55,943 bases of DNA. Origin: Acidobacteriales bacterium 13_2_20CM_55_8. GTDB taxonomy: Bacteria; Acidobacteriota; Terriglobia; Terriglobales; Acidobacteriaceae. The DNA is taken from NCBI GenBank assembly GCA_001914815.1, contig MNDG01000133.1:1-55943 (forward strand). The letters run 5' to 3'. Positions 9,726 to 18,408 of this stretch are shown here, piece after piece (the stretch's first letter is position 1; every line of letters begins with the position of its first letter). A program made the translations under genes and the position numbers. A model generated the notes under the pieces. It was given only the letters and a program-made list of their open reading frames with translations. It searched no databases and had not been told where the DNA came from.

Positions 9726-9813
9726 GCCCTGCTAGCCTCATCGGAAGCGGGCCTGTCGCAATGCAACAGCAGTCCCCGAGTCCCAGAGACTCGGTCCGTG
9801 ATATGTCGACGGC

Positions 9814-10845
9814 TTGATGAGAAGAGCACACTTCATTAGAGCACACTTCATTATCGTCCTCACGTTGCTCAGTGCGCCCCCACCCCTGAGAGCGCAAGTC
9901 CCAACGAACCCACAGGAAGCGGTGCCCGCTGGCAATGTTCCTCGTGATTTATCCAGCTTACAGCTTGACAGCGGCCTGCGGCTCGAGCTCGAAACTGCCA
10001 TTAAGCAAAGTGACTTCAAGCGGGCAGAAACAATTTTGATTAAAGAATCCGAACGGGATCCAAAGTCAATCCGGTCAGCGAGACTACTTGAATTCGCTGG
10101 AGGAATTTTCTTTTTGGATAGGGAATATCTTAATTCCATTGTTGCGTGGAAAAAGGCGGACGCGCTAGCTCCTCTTGCCGACAGCAACAGGTTCACGTTG
10201 GCAATGGCCTATGTCAAGCTCAGACGGAGAGACTGGGCCAGATCCGAATTGGAGAAGCTGGCCGCGGCCCAGCCCCGAAATCCGCTCTACTTGTACTGGC
10301 TGGCGCGTCTTGATTATGACGCACACAACTACACAGCCGCCATCACACAACTGGAACGGGTTATTGAGCTTGATCCAAAGATGATGCGTGCTTACGACAC
10401 CCTGGGGCTCTGTTTTGACTATCTCGGGAAATTCGATCAAGCCATCAAGAACTATAACCGTGCGGTCGAGTTGAATCGTGTGCAAGCCAAACCGTCCCCC
10501 TGGCCGCATGTGGATCTCGCCATCTCCTTGGTGGCAGTGAATCAACTGGGCGAAGCCGAAAAGAATCTACGCGAGGCGTTGCGGTACGATGGCGAGCTCC
10601 CGCAGGCGCACTATCAGCTCGGGCGAGTGCTGGAGATGCAAGGCGATCATCAGGCCGCGGTACAATCGCTCAAGCAAGCGGCTACGTTGAATTCGTTATA
10701 CCCCGAGCCACATTACCTGCTAGGCCGCATTTATCAACGAATGGGGGAGAGCCAGCTCGCCAAAGCGGAGATCGAGCGATTCCAGCAACTAGAGAAGGGG
10801 CTGCAAACATCAGCGCCAACCACGCTCCCGTCCCCTAAGAACTAA
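9814..10845 (+). CDS. Secreted TPR protein
   Basis: 343-aa ORF (TTG 9814 or ATG 9817) with a signal-like N-terminus and TPR units (LYLYWLARLDYDAHNYTAA, AHYQLGRVLEMQGDHQAA, PHYLLGRIYQRMGE). Confidence 0.75.
   Translation: MMRRAHFIRAHFIIVLTLLSAPPPLRAQVPTNPQEAVPAGNVPRDLSSLQLDSGLRLELETAIKQSDFKRAETILIKESERDPKSIRSARLLEFAGGIFFLDREYLNSIVAWKKADALAPLADSNRFTLAMAYVKLRRRDWARSELEKLAAAQPRNPLYLYWLARLDYDAHNYTAAITQLERVIELDPKMMRAYDTLGLCFDYLGKFDQAIKNYNRAVELNRVQAKPSPWPHVDLAISLVAVNQLGEAEKNLREALRYDGELPQAHYQLGRVLEMQGDHQAAVQSLKQAATLNSLYPEPHYLLGRIYQRMGESQLAKAEIERFQQLEKGLQTSAPTTLPSPKN
9823..9852 (+). repeat. Perfect 15-bp tandem duplication (AGAGCACACTTCATT x2), in frame within the TPR gene N-terminus
   Basis: Read directly from the sequence: 9823-9837 equals 9838-9852. 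It encodes RAHFI-RAHFI. Confidence 0.95.
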
Positions 10846-10870
10846 CGTCCCGTCTTGATTCCACAAAAAT

Positions 10871-10901
10871 GCGCCATCTTCTCTTTGAAAGAAGATGGCG
10901 C
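10871..10901. terminator. Bidirectional intrinsic-terminator-like hairpin between convergent genes
   Basis: GCGCCATCTTCT (10871-10882) pairs perfectly with AGAAGATGGCGC (10890-10901) across a 7-nt loop. U/A-rich flanks occur on both strands. It lies between the stops at 10845 (+) and 10924 (-). Confidence 0.75.
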
Positions 10902-10923
10902 CGTTTCTCTGGGGGATTTGTAA

Positions 10924-13900
10924 CTAGAACTCAATCCTCGCGCCGATTTGTATTGTGCGCGGAGAACTAACGCCCTTGTTCCAAGTACCGAAACCGTTGG
11001 TGCCTCCAGCAGCAATGTCGTTCACGAAGGCGAAGCTCGAGCCTTGGTTATTGACATTGGCGGCCGGGTAAAAATAGTGCTGGTTAAAGGCATTGAAGAA
11101 CTGGAATCGGAGTTGGAAGTTGGTTCGCTCTCCTATCCTGGTGTTCTTGGTTAGCGCAAAATCCAGGTTCTTCCCGCTGGGACCTCTCAGGTTTGAAATC
11201 CGTGGACCGTCGCCGGTGTATCCATATGTTCCGGTACAGCCCGGCGCGGTGCCGGCAACGCAGAAGTTCCCCAGGGGCTCGAATGCAGCGGCATTCAAGA
11301 GAGGACCCGCGCCGGGGTTATAGTCATTTGGACTTTGGAGAAAGGGGTCTGCACCGGACACAAGCCCCACCAGACAATTCTGTCTGAATTGAGACACAAC
11401 CTGGCACGTGCTGGAACGGAACCACATCGGCGTGCCGCTCTGATAGTGAATGATTGGGCTGAATTGCCAGCCACCCACAATGGCGTTGAGAGGTCCGCCT
11501 CCGCCGGCAAATTTCTTGCCTTTGCCAAAGGGTAAATCGTAAACGAAAGCCACGGAAAGGATCTGTGGCACATCGTCAGACGATAACGTGCGCGCGCGAC
11601 GCTGCTCGAAGGGAGAGATCACTCCCTGCGTCGCGTTCCAAGAGCCTCCGAGCTGCTGGGTATTGTCCGAGGCGTCGGACAGCAACTTCGACGCGGTGTA
11701 GGACACCAGCATCTGAAGGCCATTGCTATAGTGCTTCTCCAGCTTCATCTGGAACGAGTGATAGATGGAGTTGCCGTGGTTTTCGTTCAGTCCCTGCAGA
11801 GGACCGCAGAACTGGGGAAAGGGCAGCAGTGCCTGCGCAACGGTAGGGGCACAAGCGCTCGTAGGTTTGGTCAGATCCTGAACCCAATTACTGTATGGAA
11901 TGGACACACCATGAAGCGTGGTGGGACCTCCCACCGTAAATTTGTCATTCAGCAATGGTGTGTACGTGCAATTGGCGCCGGGAGTTGGAGTGCCTGTCGC
12001 ACAAGAAGGGTCGATCGGGGTGATCGGCGACTCCAAAGCCTGAATGCTAGGACTGAAGGGGTTCAGTACGTTCACCGGGTTCAGACTCGACGTGAGGCGT
12101 GTCCCCTTGTTTCCGACGTAAGCTACGCTCAGGGCAATTCTCGCCGGGAGCTCACGTTCTATTGTCAGATTCCACTGTTGCGAGTACGGCCGGCGGTTCG
12201 CATCCACCGGACGATACGCCGAGCCATTGCCGTTGGCTTGACTAGGCGCAGCGCCGTTGTCAAAGGCGGGATCTACAGCCGGAGGATTCAGGGGAGCCGG
12301 GACTCCATTGTCAAGATAGAAGGCTGCGTTCGTGGAGGCACCGTTGGGACTAGTGGCAAATGTCTGGTGCAGATTGAATCCGTCGAGCGACATTCCGCCG
12401 CCCCAACCCGGGTAGAACGCCTGGGCGAAGAAGACGCCGTACCCCGCGCGCACCACGGTTTTCTGGTCGAACGCATAGGCAATGCCGAGCCTCGGTGCAA
12501 AACCCTTGTGCCAAGGCTTCTCCGGATAATCCGCGCCGTAACAAGCATCCGTGGCCTGACAGACGGCATTGTTGCCGGCGAAAGCTAGGCGGCCCGGAAG
12601 ATCATCGGCTCCCGGATTGGTCCCGACAAGGTCGACGAAGGAAAAGTGGTTGTACTTCTCGCGCGAGGGTGTGTAGTAGTCCCATCGCACACCATAGTTG
12701 AAGGTTAGCTTCGGCGTGACTCTCCACGCGTCGTTCACGTGAAACGCCCACACGGTCTGACGCGGATACCAGGAGGGGACAACTCGACGATCCATGGAAC
12801 CGCTACTTACAGCTCCCAACAAGAATCCAGCGACCGGACTTCCGCTGGTGACGGACGAAAGGGCGGTAGTTGAGCGATCAAAACCGTACGTTCCGGATTG
12901 ATTGTTCGACGCGTGAATATTGCCCTGTACCGAGCGCCATTCGCCGCCAAAGGTGAAGGTGTGGTGACTGTAGACCTTGGTCACAAGATCATTCAAGACC
13001 CAGGTCGGCCGAACCGTAATGTTGGTGCCTGGAGGCCCGTTGCTGTTTGAAATCTGGTTAAAGCCGTCAGAGAAGGTGAACGCGGGCAGGGCATTCGTAT
13101 TGGCTGCTCCCGGAACCTGCGGCAATTGACCGATGAAGGCGAGATTCTCCGAACCATACCCTTCATTGCGATTCAAGTAGCCGAAGGTGGCATGGTTCAA
13201 CAGTGTAGGGGAAAAAGTGTGCTCCCAATTAAAACGGGAGATGGGCGAATTCTGCGGTCGCGTAGGAGATTCGGTCGCAATCGCAATCGGAAGTGCGGTG
13301 GCCGTATTGTACCCGGTGAACTGCCGCCACCAGAAGAAATAGAAGTGGTCCTTATCGCCATATTGATGATCGATCCGCGTCATGTAAACGTTGGAGTTGC
13401 TGGTGAGCGTATCTGGCACGGCTTTGGGCAGGGTGTAATTGGAAGTGGGATTGGAATTCGTCGGCGTCGGCAAAGCCGCCATGTAGGCTGCCGCAATGGG
13501 GCTAATGCATCCTTGAGGAATCTGATTGCCCGGGAATTGCTGTCCAGGACCGACGCCTGCGGCCGCTTGACAGGACGCAGAAGCGTTACCAGGCATATAG
13601 ATCGGGATCAGGAGGCCCGTTTTTGCATCCACCCAGTCAGAAAAATCACCGTTCCGCTCCAGAAGCGAAGGAATCGAGATGGTCGGAGTGTTAGAGCCGC
13701 CGGCCTGGTGATAAGACTCCCAGTTGAAATAGAAGAATGTCTTATGCTTTCCGCTATTAACCCACGGAAGTTTGGCTGGTCCGCCAAAGTTGGCTCCGAA
13801 ATTGTGTTCATTGTCTGGAGGCCTGGGATTGCCATTAAAATTATTGGTCCAAGTATTTGCATTCAGCGCTGCGTTACGGGCATATTCGAACGCTGCCCCG

Positions 13901-14685
13901 TGAAATTGTGAAGTGCCGCCCTTGCTGACCATGGTGATCTGGCCGGAAGTCGACGACCCATATTGTGGATCGTAACTCGAAGTGAGCACCTTAACTTCCT
14001 GAACCATGTCGGGCGACATCTGGAAATCCTGATGGATTGAAACCATGCCGCTCTGGCTCATGAAGCCTTCCTGCATGGTTGCGCCATCCAGCAGAGCTTC
14101 GTCCCCTGATTCCTGCCCGCCGTTGATGCGCGCCTGGAAAGCCTGATTGCCGCCCCCCGTTGAAATTCCAGGAAGCAAAACAGCCAAAGCCGCAGACGAA
14201 CGTGGCTTGCCCTCAATCGCGAGCGGCAGATCCTTGATGGTTTCCGGGTCGGCGCCTCCCTGTAAAGTTCCGTTGTCGTAGTTGATTGGGGAATTTTCAC
14301 CCACAACCGTCACGGTTTCGTTCTGGGCGCCGATCTTAAGAACGGCATCGGCGTGCGCCGACTGATTGATGGTTACCACGATACCTTTTTGGACATAAGT
14401 TTGAAATCCGGGCTTGGAAACCTTTAAGTCGTAGGTACCTGGAGTCAGGTTGCGAAAGGTATACTCTCCGCGGTCGTTGGAGGTGAATTTGGCTTCGAAT
14501 CCGGTGGCCGCGTTGGTTAGCGTCAGTTCAGCATCGGGCACGGCGGCGCCCGACGGATCTGTAACCGTTCCGCCCAGTCCGGCGTTACCAATTTGTGCGT
14601 GAGCCGAAATGGCGAAGGCGCACAGGCAAAGAATCAAAAGTAGACTGAAACCGAGAGCTTTCGATCGGGCGCTATTCGCGAACAT
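10924..14685 (-). CDS. TonB-dependent outer-membrane receptor with an N-terminal carboxypeptidase-regulatory-like domain
   Basis: About 1,253 aa from ATG 14685 (the ORF track extends to 14727). It has a signal peptide (MFANSARSKALGFSLLLILCLCAFAISAHAQ), a CarboxypepD_reg-like segment (GTVTDPSGAAVPDAELTLTN...YDLKVSKPGFQTY), a long beta-rich body and a terminal aromatic residue (...IGARIEF). Confidence 0.85.
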   Translation of the reverse strand: MFANSARSKALGFSLLLILCLCAFAISAHAQIGNAGLGGTVTDPSGAAVPDAELTLTNAATGFEAKFTSNDRGEYTFRNLTPGTYDLKVSKPGFQTYVQKGIVVTINQSAHADAVLKIGAQNETVTVVGENSPINYDNGTLQGGADPETIKDLPLAIEGKPRSSAALAVLLPGISTGGGNQAFQARINGGQESGDEALLDGATMQEGFMSQSGMVSIHQDFQMSPDMVQEVKVLTSSYDPQYGSSTSGQITMVSKGGTSQFHGAAFEYARNAALNANTWTNNFNGNPRPPDNEHNFGANFGGPAKLPWVNSGKHKTFFYFNWESYHQAGGSNTPTISIPSLLERNGDFSDWVDAKTGLLIPIYMPGNASASCQAAAGVGPGQQFPGNQIPQGCISPIAAAYMAALPTPTNSNPTSNYTLPKAVPDTLTSNSNVYMTRIDHQYGDKDHFYFFWWRQFTGYNTATALPIAIATESPTRPQNSPISRFNWEHTFSPTLLNHATFGYLNRNEGYGSENLAFIGQLPQVPGAANTNALPAFTFSDGFNQISNSNGPPGTNITVRPTWVLNDLVTKVYSHHTFTFGGEWRSVQGNIHASNNQSGTYGFDRSTTALSSVTSGSPVAGFLLGAVSSGSMDRRVVPSWYPRQTVWAFHVNDAWRVTPKLTFNYGVRWDYYTPSREKYNHFSFVDLVGTNPGADDLPGRLAFAGNNAVCQATDACYGADYPEKPWHKGFAPRLGIAYAFDQKTVVRAGYGVFFAQAFYPGWGGGMSLDGFNLHQTFATSPNGASTNAAFYLDNGVPAPLNPPAVDPAFDNGAAPSQANGNGSAYRPVDANRRPYSQQWNLTIERELPARIALSVAYVGNKGTRLTSSLNPVNVLNPFSPSIQALESPITPIDPSCATGTPTPGANCTYTPLLNDKFTVGGPTTLHGVSIPYSNWVQDLTKPTSACAPTVAQALLPFPQFCGPLQGLNENHGNSIYHSFQMKLEKHYSNGLQMLVSYTASKLLSDASDNTQQLGGSWNATQGVISPFEQRRARTLSSDDVPQILSVAFVYDLPFGKGKKFAGGGGPLNAIVGGWQFSPIIHYQSGTPMWFRSSTCQVVSQFRQNCLVGLVSGADPFLQSPNDYNPGAGPLLNAAAFEPLGNFCVAGTAPGCTGTYGYTGDGPRISNLRGPSGKNLDFALTKNTRIGERTNFQLRFQFFNAFNQHYFYPAANVNNQGSSFAFVNDIAAGGTNGFGTWNKGVSSPRTIQIGARIEF

Positions 14686-14748
14686 GGTTTTCACCCCCAC
14701 AGTTGAACTACGTCGCAAGACCCACATTGTCTAGATTCGTGTCCCTGT

Positions 14749-14770
14749 GTAAGCGTTGACGGACGCTTAC
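14749..14770 (-). promoter_or_regulatory. 8-bp perfect inverted repeat (GTAAGCGT-N6-ACGCTTAC) in the receptor gene leader
   Basis: Read directly from the sequence. It lies 22-64 nt upstream of the two candidate start codons. Its function (operator or mRNA hairpin) is unknown. Confidence 0.25.
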
Positions 14771-14874
14771 CTGCCTAATGGTTTTGGATTATTCGCACTC
14801 AGCATTCCTGACTGTCAAGACTAAAATTTTCAAAGCTTCTGTTCAGTACAACTAAACGATCGCATGGATCGTAA

Positions 14875-14937
14875 TGTAAACGATTACACATTTATGAAAT
14901 TGTCCGGAAAAATACTCTGGTTAATTCAGCTTGTCAA
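14875..14937 (-). promoter_or_regulatory. Candidate sigma70-type promoter followed by a LacI/GalR-type operator, upstream of the TonB-dependent receptor gene
   Basis: On the minus strand: TTGACA (14937-14932), a 17-nt spacer, TATTTT (14914-14909), then the palindrome TGTAATCGTTTACA (14888-14875; 13 of 14 positions symmetric around a central CG). Confidence 0.4.
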
Positions 14938-15116
14938 GAACTTTCGTGATAAGAGATTGGCCCGCCTTCACGGAATCTTGCCATTCCTGGGTTTCTGCTT
15001 CGGGAATGCGGGAAGCTGGAGAACGTTGAGCAATTCGCCAGAAAAACAGGACCTTTCGGCGCGTTGTTCGTTCCTGGATCTAACCCCGGGGCATCTCGGC
15101 AGGCTTTCTGAACAGG

Positions 15117-15411
15117 TTCCCGACCGCAATCAGCCGGCAGTAATCGCGTACATTTTTAGACACTTTCTCGAGCTCTTCCTCGCGAACAAACATGGTGTCC
15201 TGCTGCGGCTCGCCTTCTCATTCAACGATACATCGCATTTGTACGCTGCAGCCTCCACCTTCAGCAGCAATTTCTTTTGCAACGTGCTTGGCTTGAATTT
15301 CGTCAATGTCCAGGACGGATACGCGCGCGCCATTGGCGGCGAATCTCTGGGCAAGCTGCAACCAATTCCAGAGCCGCCACCGGTAATGACCGCGATCTTA
15401 TTGTCCAGCCG
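15117..15411 (-). pseudogene. Eroded short-chain dehydrogenase/reductase (SDR) gene remnant
   Basis: The minus-strand translation gives RLDNKIAVITGGGSGIG (Rossmann TGxxxGIG). After a frame change it gives LQLAQRFAANGARVSVLDIDEIQAKHVAKEIAAEGGG, and after another change ...KCDVS. There is no start codon, there are at least 2 frame changes, and the NNAG and YxxxK regions are missing. Confidence 0.55.
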
Positions 15412-15440
15412 AAAATTTCTAGCCCTCTCGTCGGGAGATT

Positions 15441-17132
15441 TCAGAGTGACACGCCCCTCTTCCAGGGTATGAAATCGTCTTGCGCCAGCAACTCCGCTTT
15501 GGTGCGGATCTCTCCGCTTCCCACGTTGAGAGTAAAGTTGAGGATCGCCTCGCCCGTCTCTTCGATGCTTGCCTCCCCCGCAATAATGGCGCCGGTGTCG
15601 ATGTCAATGATGTCCGGCATGCGTTTGGCTAATGCGGAGTTCGAAGATATTTTGATCACAGGGGCGATCGGATTACCGGTCGGAGTTCCCAACCCCGTGG
15701 TGAACAGAACCACGTTTGCGCCCGCAGCAACCTGGGCGGTGACGCATTCAACGTCATTTCCTGGGGTACACAAGAGGTTCAATCCAGGCTCAGTAGCATA
15801 TTCGGGGTAATCGAGCACCGAGGTCACGGGAGAAGTGCCCCCTTTTTTGGCAGCACCGGCCGACTTCATGGCGTCAGTGATCAACCCGTCGCGGATATTT
15901 CCGGGCGACGGATTCATCTCGAAACCCGAGCGGACTGCTTTGGCGCGGGCGGCGTAATCTCGCATCAATGTAACGAAGCGGTCCGACACTTCTTTTTGCA
16001 CACAACGATTGATGAGCTCCTGCTCCACGCCGCAGAGCTCAGGAAATTCCGCGAGAATTCCTGTACCTCTGAGAGCTGCAATCAGATCAGCCGCGTGACC
16101 GATCGCGGGGTTGGCAGAAATACCCGAAAACCCATCTGACCCTCCGCACTTCAGACCGACGCACAGGTGAGAAATCGAAGCTGGCCGCCGTGTAGCCTTG
16201 TTAGCCTCCACCAGGCCCATGAACGTCTCTCGAATCGCCTGGGAAATCATGGCGGATTCCGACGCGCTTTGCTGTTGTTCGAAAATGAACAAGGGTTTTG
16301 CGAACTTCGGATCGCGACGCGCCAACTCTTCGCGGAGAATTGCGACTTGGGCATTCTGGCAGCCCAAACTGAGTACCGTGGCGCCGGCCACGTTAGGGTG
16401 ATGCAAGTAGCCACTCAGCAGGCCGCAGAGATTTCTGGCATCCTCGCGGGTTCCGCCGCATCCGCCTTCATGGGTCAGGAACTTGATTCCGTCCACATTC
16501 GCAAACAGCTTTGGCAAACCCGTGGTGGAAGTCTTGTCTGCGAACGTGTGATTCTCGATATCGGATGTTTTTCCTTCACGATATAGTCTGGCCAGTTCCG
16601 CAACCTGCCGGCGATAAATCTGAGGCGCAGCAAAACCTAGTTCTTCTTCAAAAGCCTGCTTCAGAACTGCAAGGTTTCTGTTTTCGCAAAAGACAAGCGG
16701 AATGACGAGCCAGCAATTTCGCGTGCCAACCTGACCGTCCAGCCGGTGATATCCGAGAAATGTTCTTTGTTGCCATTTCGAAATATCAGGCGGACGCCAC
16801 TGATGGGGTTCACGCTCTTCACCGAAGGATGCGACTTCGTGGCGAATATTACGAGTGGTGATCACTTCTCCCTGACGGATCGCCATGACGGCCTTTCCAA
16901 CCAGAACTCCGTACATGAAAATCGGATCGCCGAGTGCGAAGTCGCGGAGGGCAAACTTATGTTTAGCCGGGACGTCAGTTAGCAGGACACATCGCTGGCC
17001 ATCGAAGCTCACCGGATGACCTTTGGTCAAATCGGTTAGCGCGATCAAGACATTGTCTTTCGGATCGAGTTGCAGAACGGTGTTTCGCATTACGTCCATG
17101 CCAAGGCGGTGATCCAGCGAAGAGTGTTTCAA
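15441..17132 (-). CDS. uxaA: UxaA-family hydro-lyase (altronate dehydratase or galactarate dehydratase type)
   Basis: It has an N-terminal SAF-like region (LDPKDNVLIALTDL...G) and a large C-terminal UxaA/GarD-like domain (GCGGTREDARNL..., GLKCGGSDGFSGISANP, FTTGLGTPTGNPIAPVIKI). The likely start is ATG 17099. UxaA versus GarD cannot be resolved by eye. Confidence 0.75.
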   Translation of the reverse strand: MKHSSLDHRLGMDVMRNTVLQLDPKDNVLIALTDLTKGHPVSFDGQRCVLLTDVPAKHKFALRDFALGDPIFMYGVLVGKAVMAIRQGEVITTRNIRHEVASFGEEREPHQWRPPDISKWQQRTFLGYHRLDGQVGTRNCWLVIPLVFCENRNLAVLKQAFEEELGFAAPQIYRRQVAELARLYREGKTSDIENHTFADKTSTTGLPKLFANVDGIKFLTHEGGCGGTREDARNLCGLLSGYLHHPNVAGATVLSLGCQNAQVAILREELARRDPKFAKPLFIFEQQQSASESAMISQAIRETFMGLVEANKATRRPASISHLCVGLKCGGSDGFSGISANPAIGHAADLIAALRGTGILAEFPELCGVEQELINRCVQKEVSDRFVTLMRDYAARAKAVRSGFEMNPSPGNIRDGLITDAMKSAGAAKKGGTSPVTSVLDYPEYATEPGLNLLCTPGNDVECVTAQVAAGANVVLFTTGLGTPTGNPIAPVIKISSNSALAKRMPDIIDIDTGAIIAGEASIEETGEAILNFTLNVGSGEIRTKAELLAQDDFIPWKRGVSL

Positions 17133-17157
17133 TGGGCGTCACAAAACATAACGCACC

Positions 17158-18405
17158 TCACGATGACAATTGCGCCGACTTCGCCATCTCCAAAGTGACA
17201 CGCTGCTTCTGCCGGTAGGCTGCATTCGCCATGTGCGCTGCGATGGCCGAGCGGTATCCGATATCCACGGACGCGTTCGGCGTTTTGCGACTGCGCATAC
17301 AGTCAATCCAATTGGCCATGTGATTCTGATCGGGGCTTTGTGCAGTGAGCGCTGACCCACGCGCCCGGTTTGCTTTCTCGGGAAAGTAACGAATGCTTTC
17401 TTCAGAGTTGTCGCGGACCATATCGTTGGCTCCTGCGGCATGCTCGATCGTGCCGTCGCTTCCCAGGAAACGCTCGCCCAACCCGTAACGGCTATTGCTG
17501 AAGGTGGATTGCCACGTAACCACAGTGTCGTTGGGGAAATCCAGCGTGACCGCAATCGTATCCGGCACTTCGCGGCCATCCTTTTCTGAGAATATTCCGC
17601 CTGACATATAAGCGGAGTCGGGCAAGGGGAGATCGAGCGCCGTCATAATCCACGCAATTTGGTGAACCATGTTTTCGGTTACGTTGCCACCGGAGAATTC
17701 CCAGAATAAGCGCCAGTTGATCAACTTGTAGGGATCGAAGGGGCGTTCTGGACGTCCATTAAGAAATGCGGCCCAGTTCACATTTTGTGGAGTACAGTCC
17801 GCTGGCACTGGGCGCACCCATTGGCCTTTTCCATGAGGAGTGTTGCGGCTCATCCATGACTCCACCTGCGTGACCTTTCCCACCAATCCGTCTTTAATCC
17901 ACTTTTTCGCATCCGCCAGCGCGCCGGAACTTTCATGCTGCAATCCGATCTGGATGACCCGATCAGATTTCTTTGCCGCTTCCAGGCATTGATCAGCCTC
18001 AGGAATAGACCACGTCATGGTTTTTTCCGCATACAGATCTCTGCCGGCAGCAAGCGTATCCATAAAATGCCGCGCATGAATATGCAAGGGGCTGGCAACA
18101 ATGACGCCGTCGATATCTTTCATGTCAAGCAAGCGACGATGATCGTCCAGCGTCTGAATACCTGGTGCCGCTTTCTTTGCTTCTTCGCGACGACGACTGT
18201 AGATATCGGCAATTGCTACCAGTTGAACATCGCGCAGTTCTAGAACTTGTTTCAATAGTTCCTGCCCACGCCCGCCCACGCCAATCATCCCTACGCGCAC
18301 GCGATCATTCGCACCGAGTACCCGCGCCGGCGGATACGCCAGAAACGCCGCAGTGCCCAAAACGCTCTGTTTTACGAAGTCACGCCGCGTCTTCTTCTTC
18401 GCCAT
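17158..18405 (-). CDS. Tat-exported Gfo/Idh/MocA-family oxidoreductase
   Basis: Twin-arginine signal (KKTRRDFVKQSVLGTAAFLA) followed by the Rossmann start VRVGMIGVGGRG. 415 aa. Confidence 0.8.
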   Translation of the reverse strand: MAKKKTRRDFVKQSVLGTAAFLAYPPARVLGANDRVRVGMIGVGGRGQELLKQVLELRDVQLVAIADIYSRRREEAKKAAPGIQTLDDHRRLLDMKDIDGVIVASPLHIHARHFMDTLAAGRDLYAEKTMTWSIPEADQCLEAAKKSDRVIQIGLQHESSGALADAKKWIKDGLVGKVTQVESWMSRNTPHGKGQWVRPVPADCTPQNVNWAAFLNGRPERPFDPYKLINWRLFWEFSGGNVTENMVHQIAWIMTALDLPLPDSAYMSGGIFSEKDGREVPDTIAVTLDFPNDTVVTWQSTFSNSRYGLGERFLGSDGTIEHAAGANDMVRDNSEESIRYFPEKANRARGSALTAQSPDQNHMANWIDCMRSRKTPNASVDIGYRSAIAAHMANAAYRQKQRVTLEMAKSAQLSS

Positions 18406-18408
18406 TTT

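Noticed and set aside
9776-9794. 7-bp hairpin (CCGAGTC-N5-GACTCGG) after the first plus-strand TPR gene, considered as a terminator
   Set aside because: There is no U-tract after the stem and the stem is short. The next TPR gene starts 20 nt later, so read-through or co-transcription is equally likely.
11731-13911. Plus-strand ORFs of 285 aa (11731..12588) and 261 aa (13126..13911) inside the TonB-dependent receptor gene
   Set aside because: They are antisense to a 1,250-aa ORF that has clear receptor features. They are arginine/glycine-rich, as is typical of wrong-frame translation of GC-rich DNA.
14864-15472. 202-aa plus-strand ORF in the receptor/uxaA intergenic region
   Set aside because: Its 3' half is the antisense of the SDR remnant. 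Its 5' half covers promoter and operator-like sequence. It has no recognisable domain and overlaps the uxaA stop.
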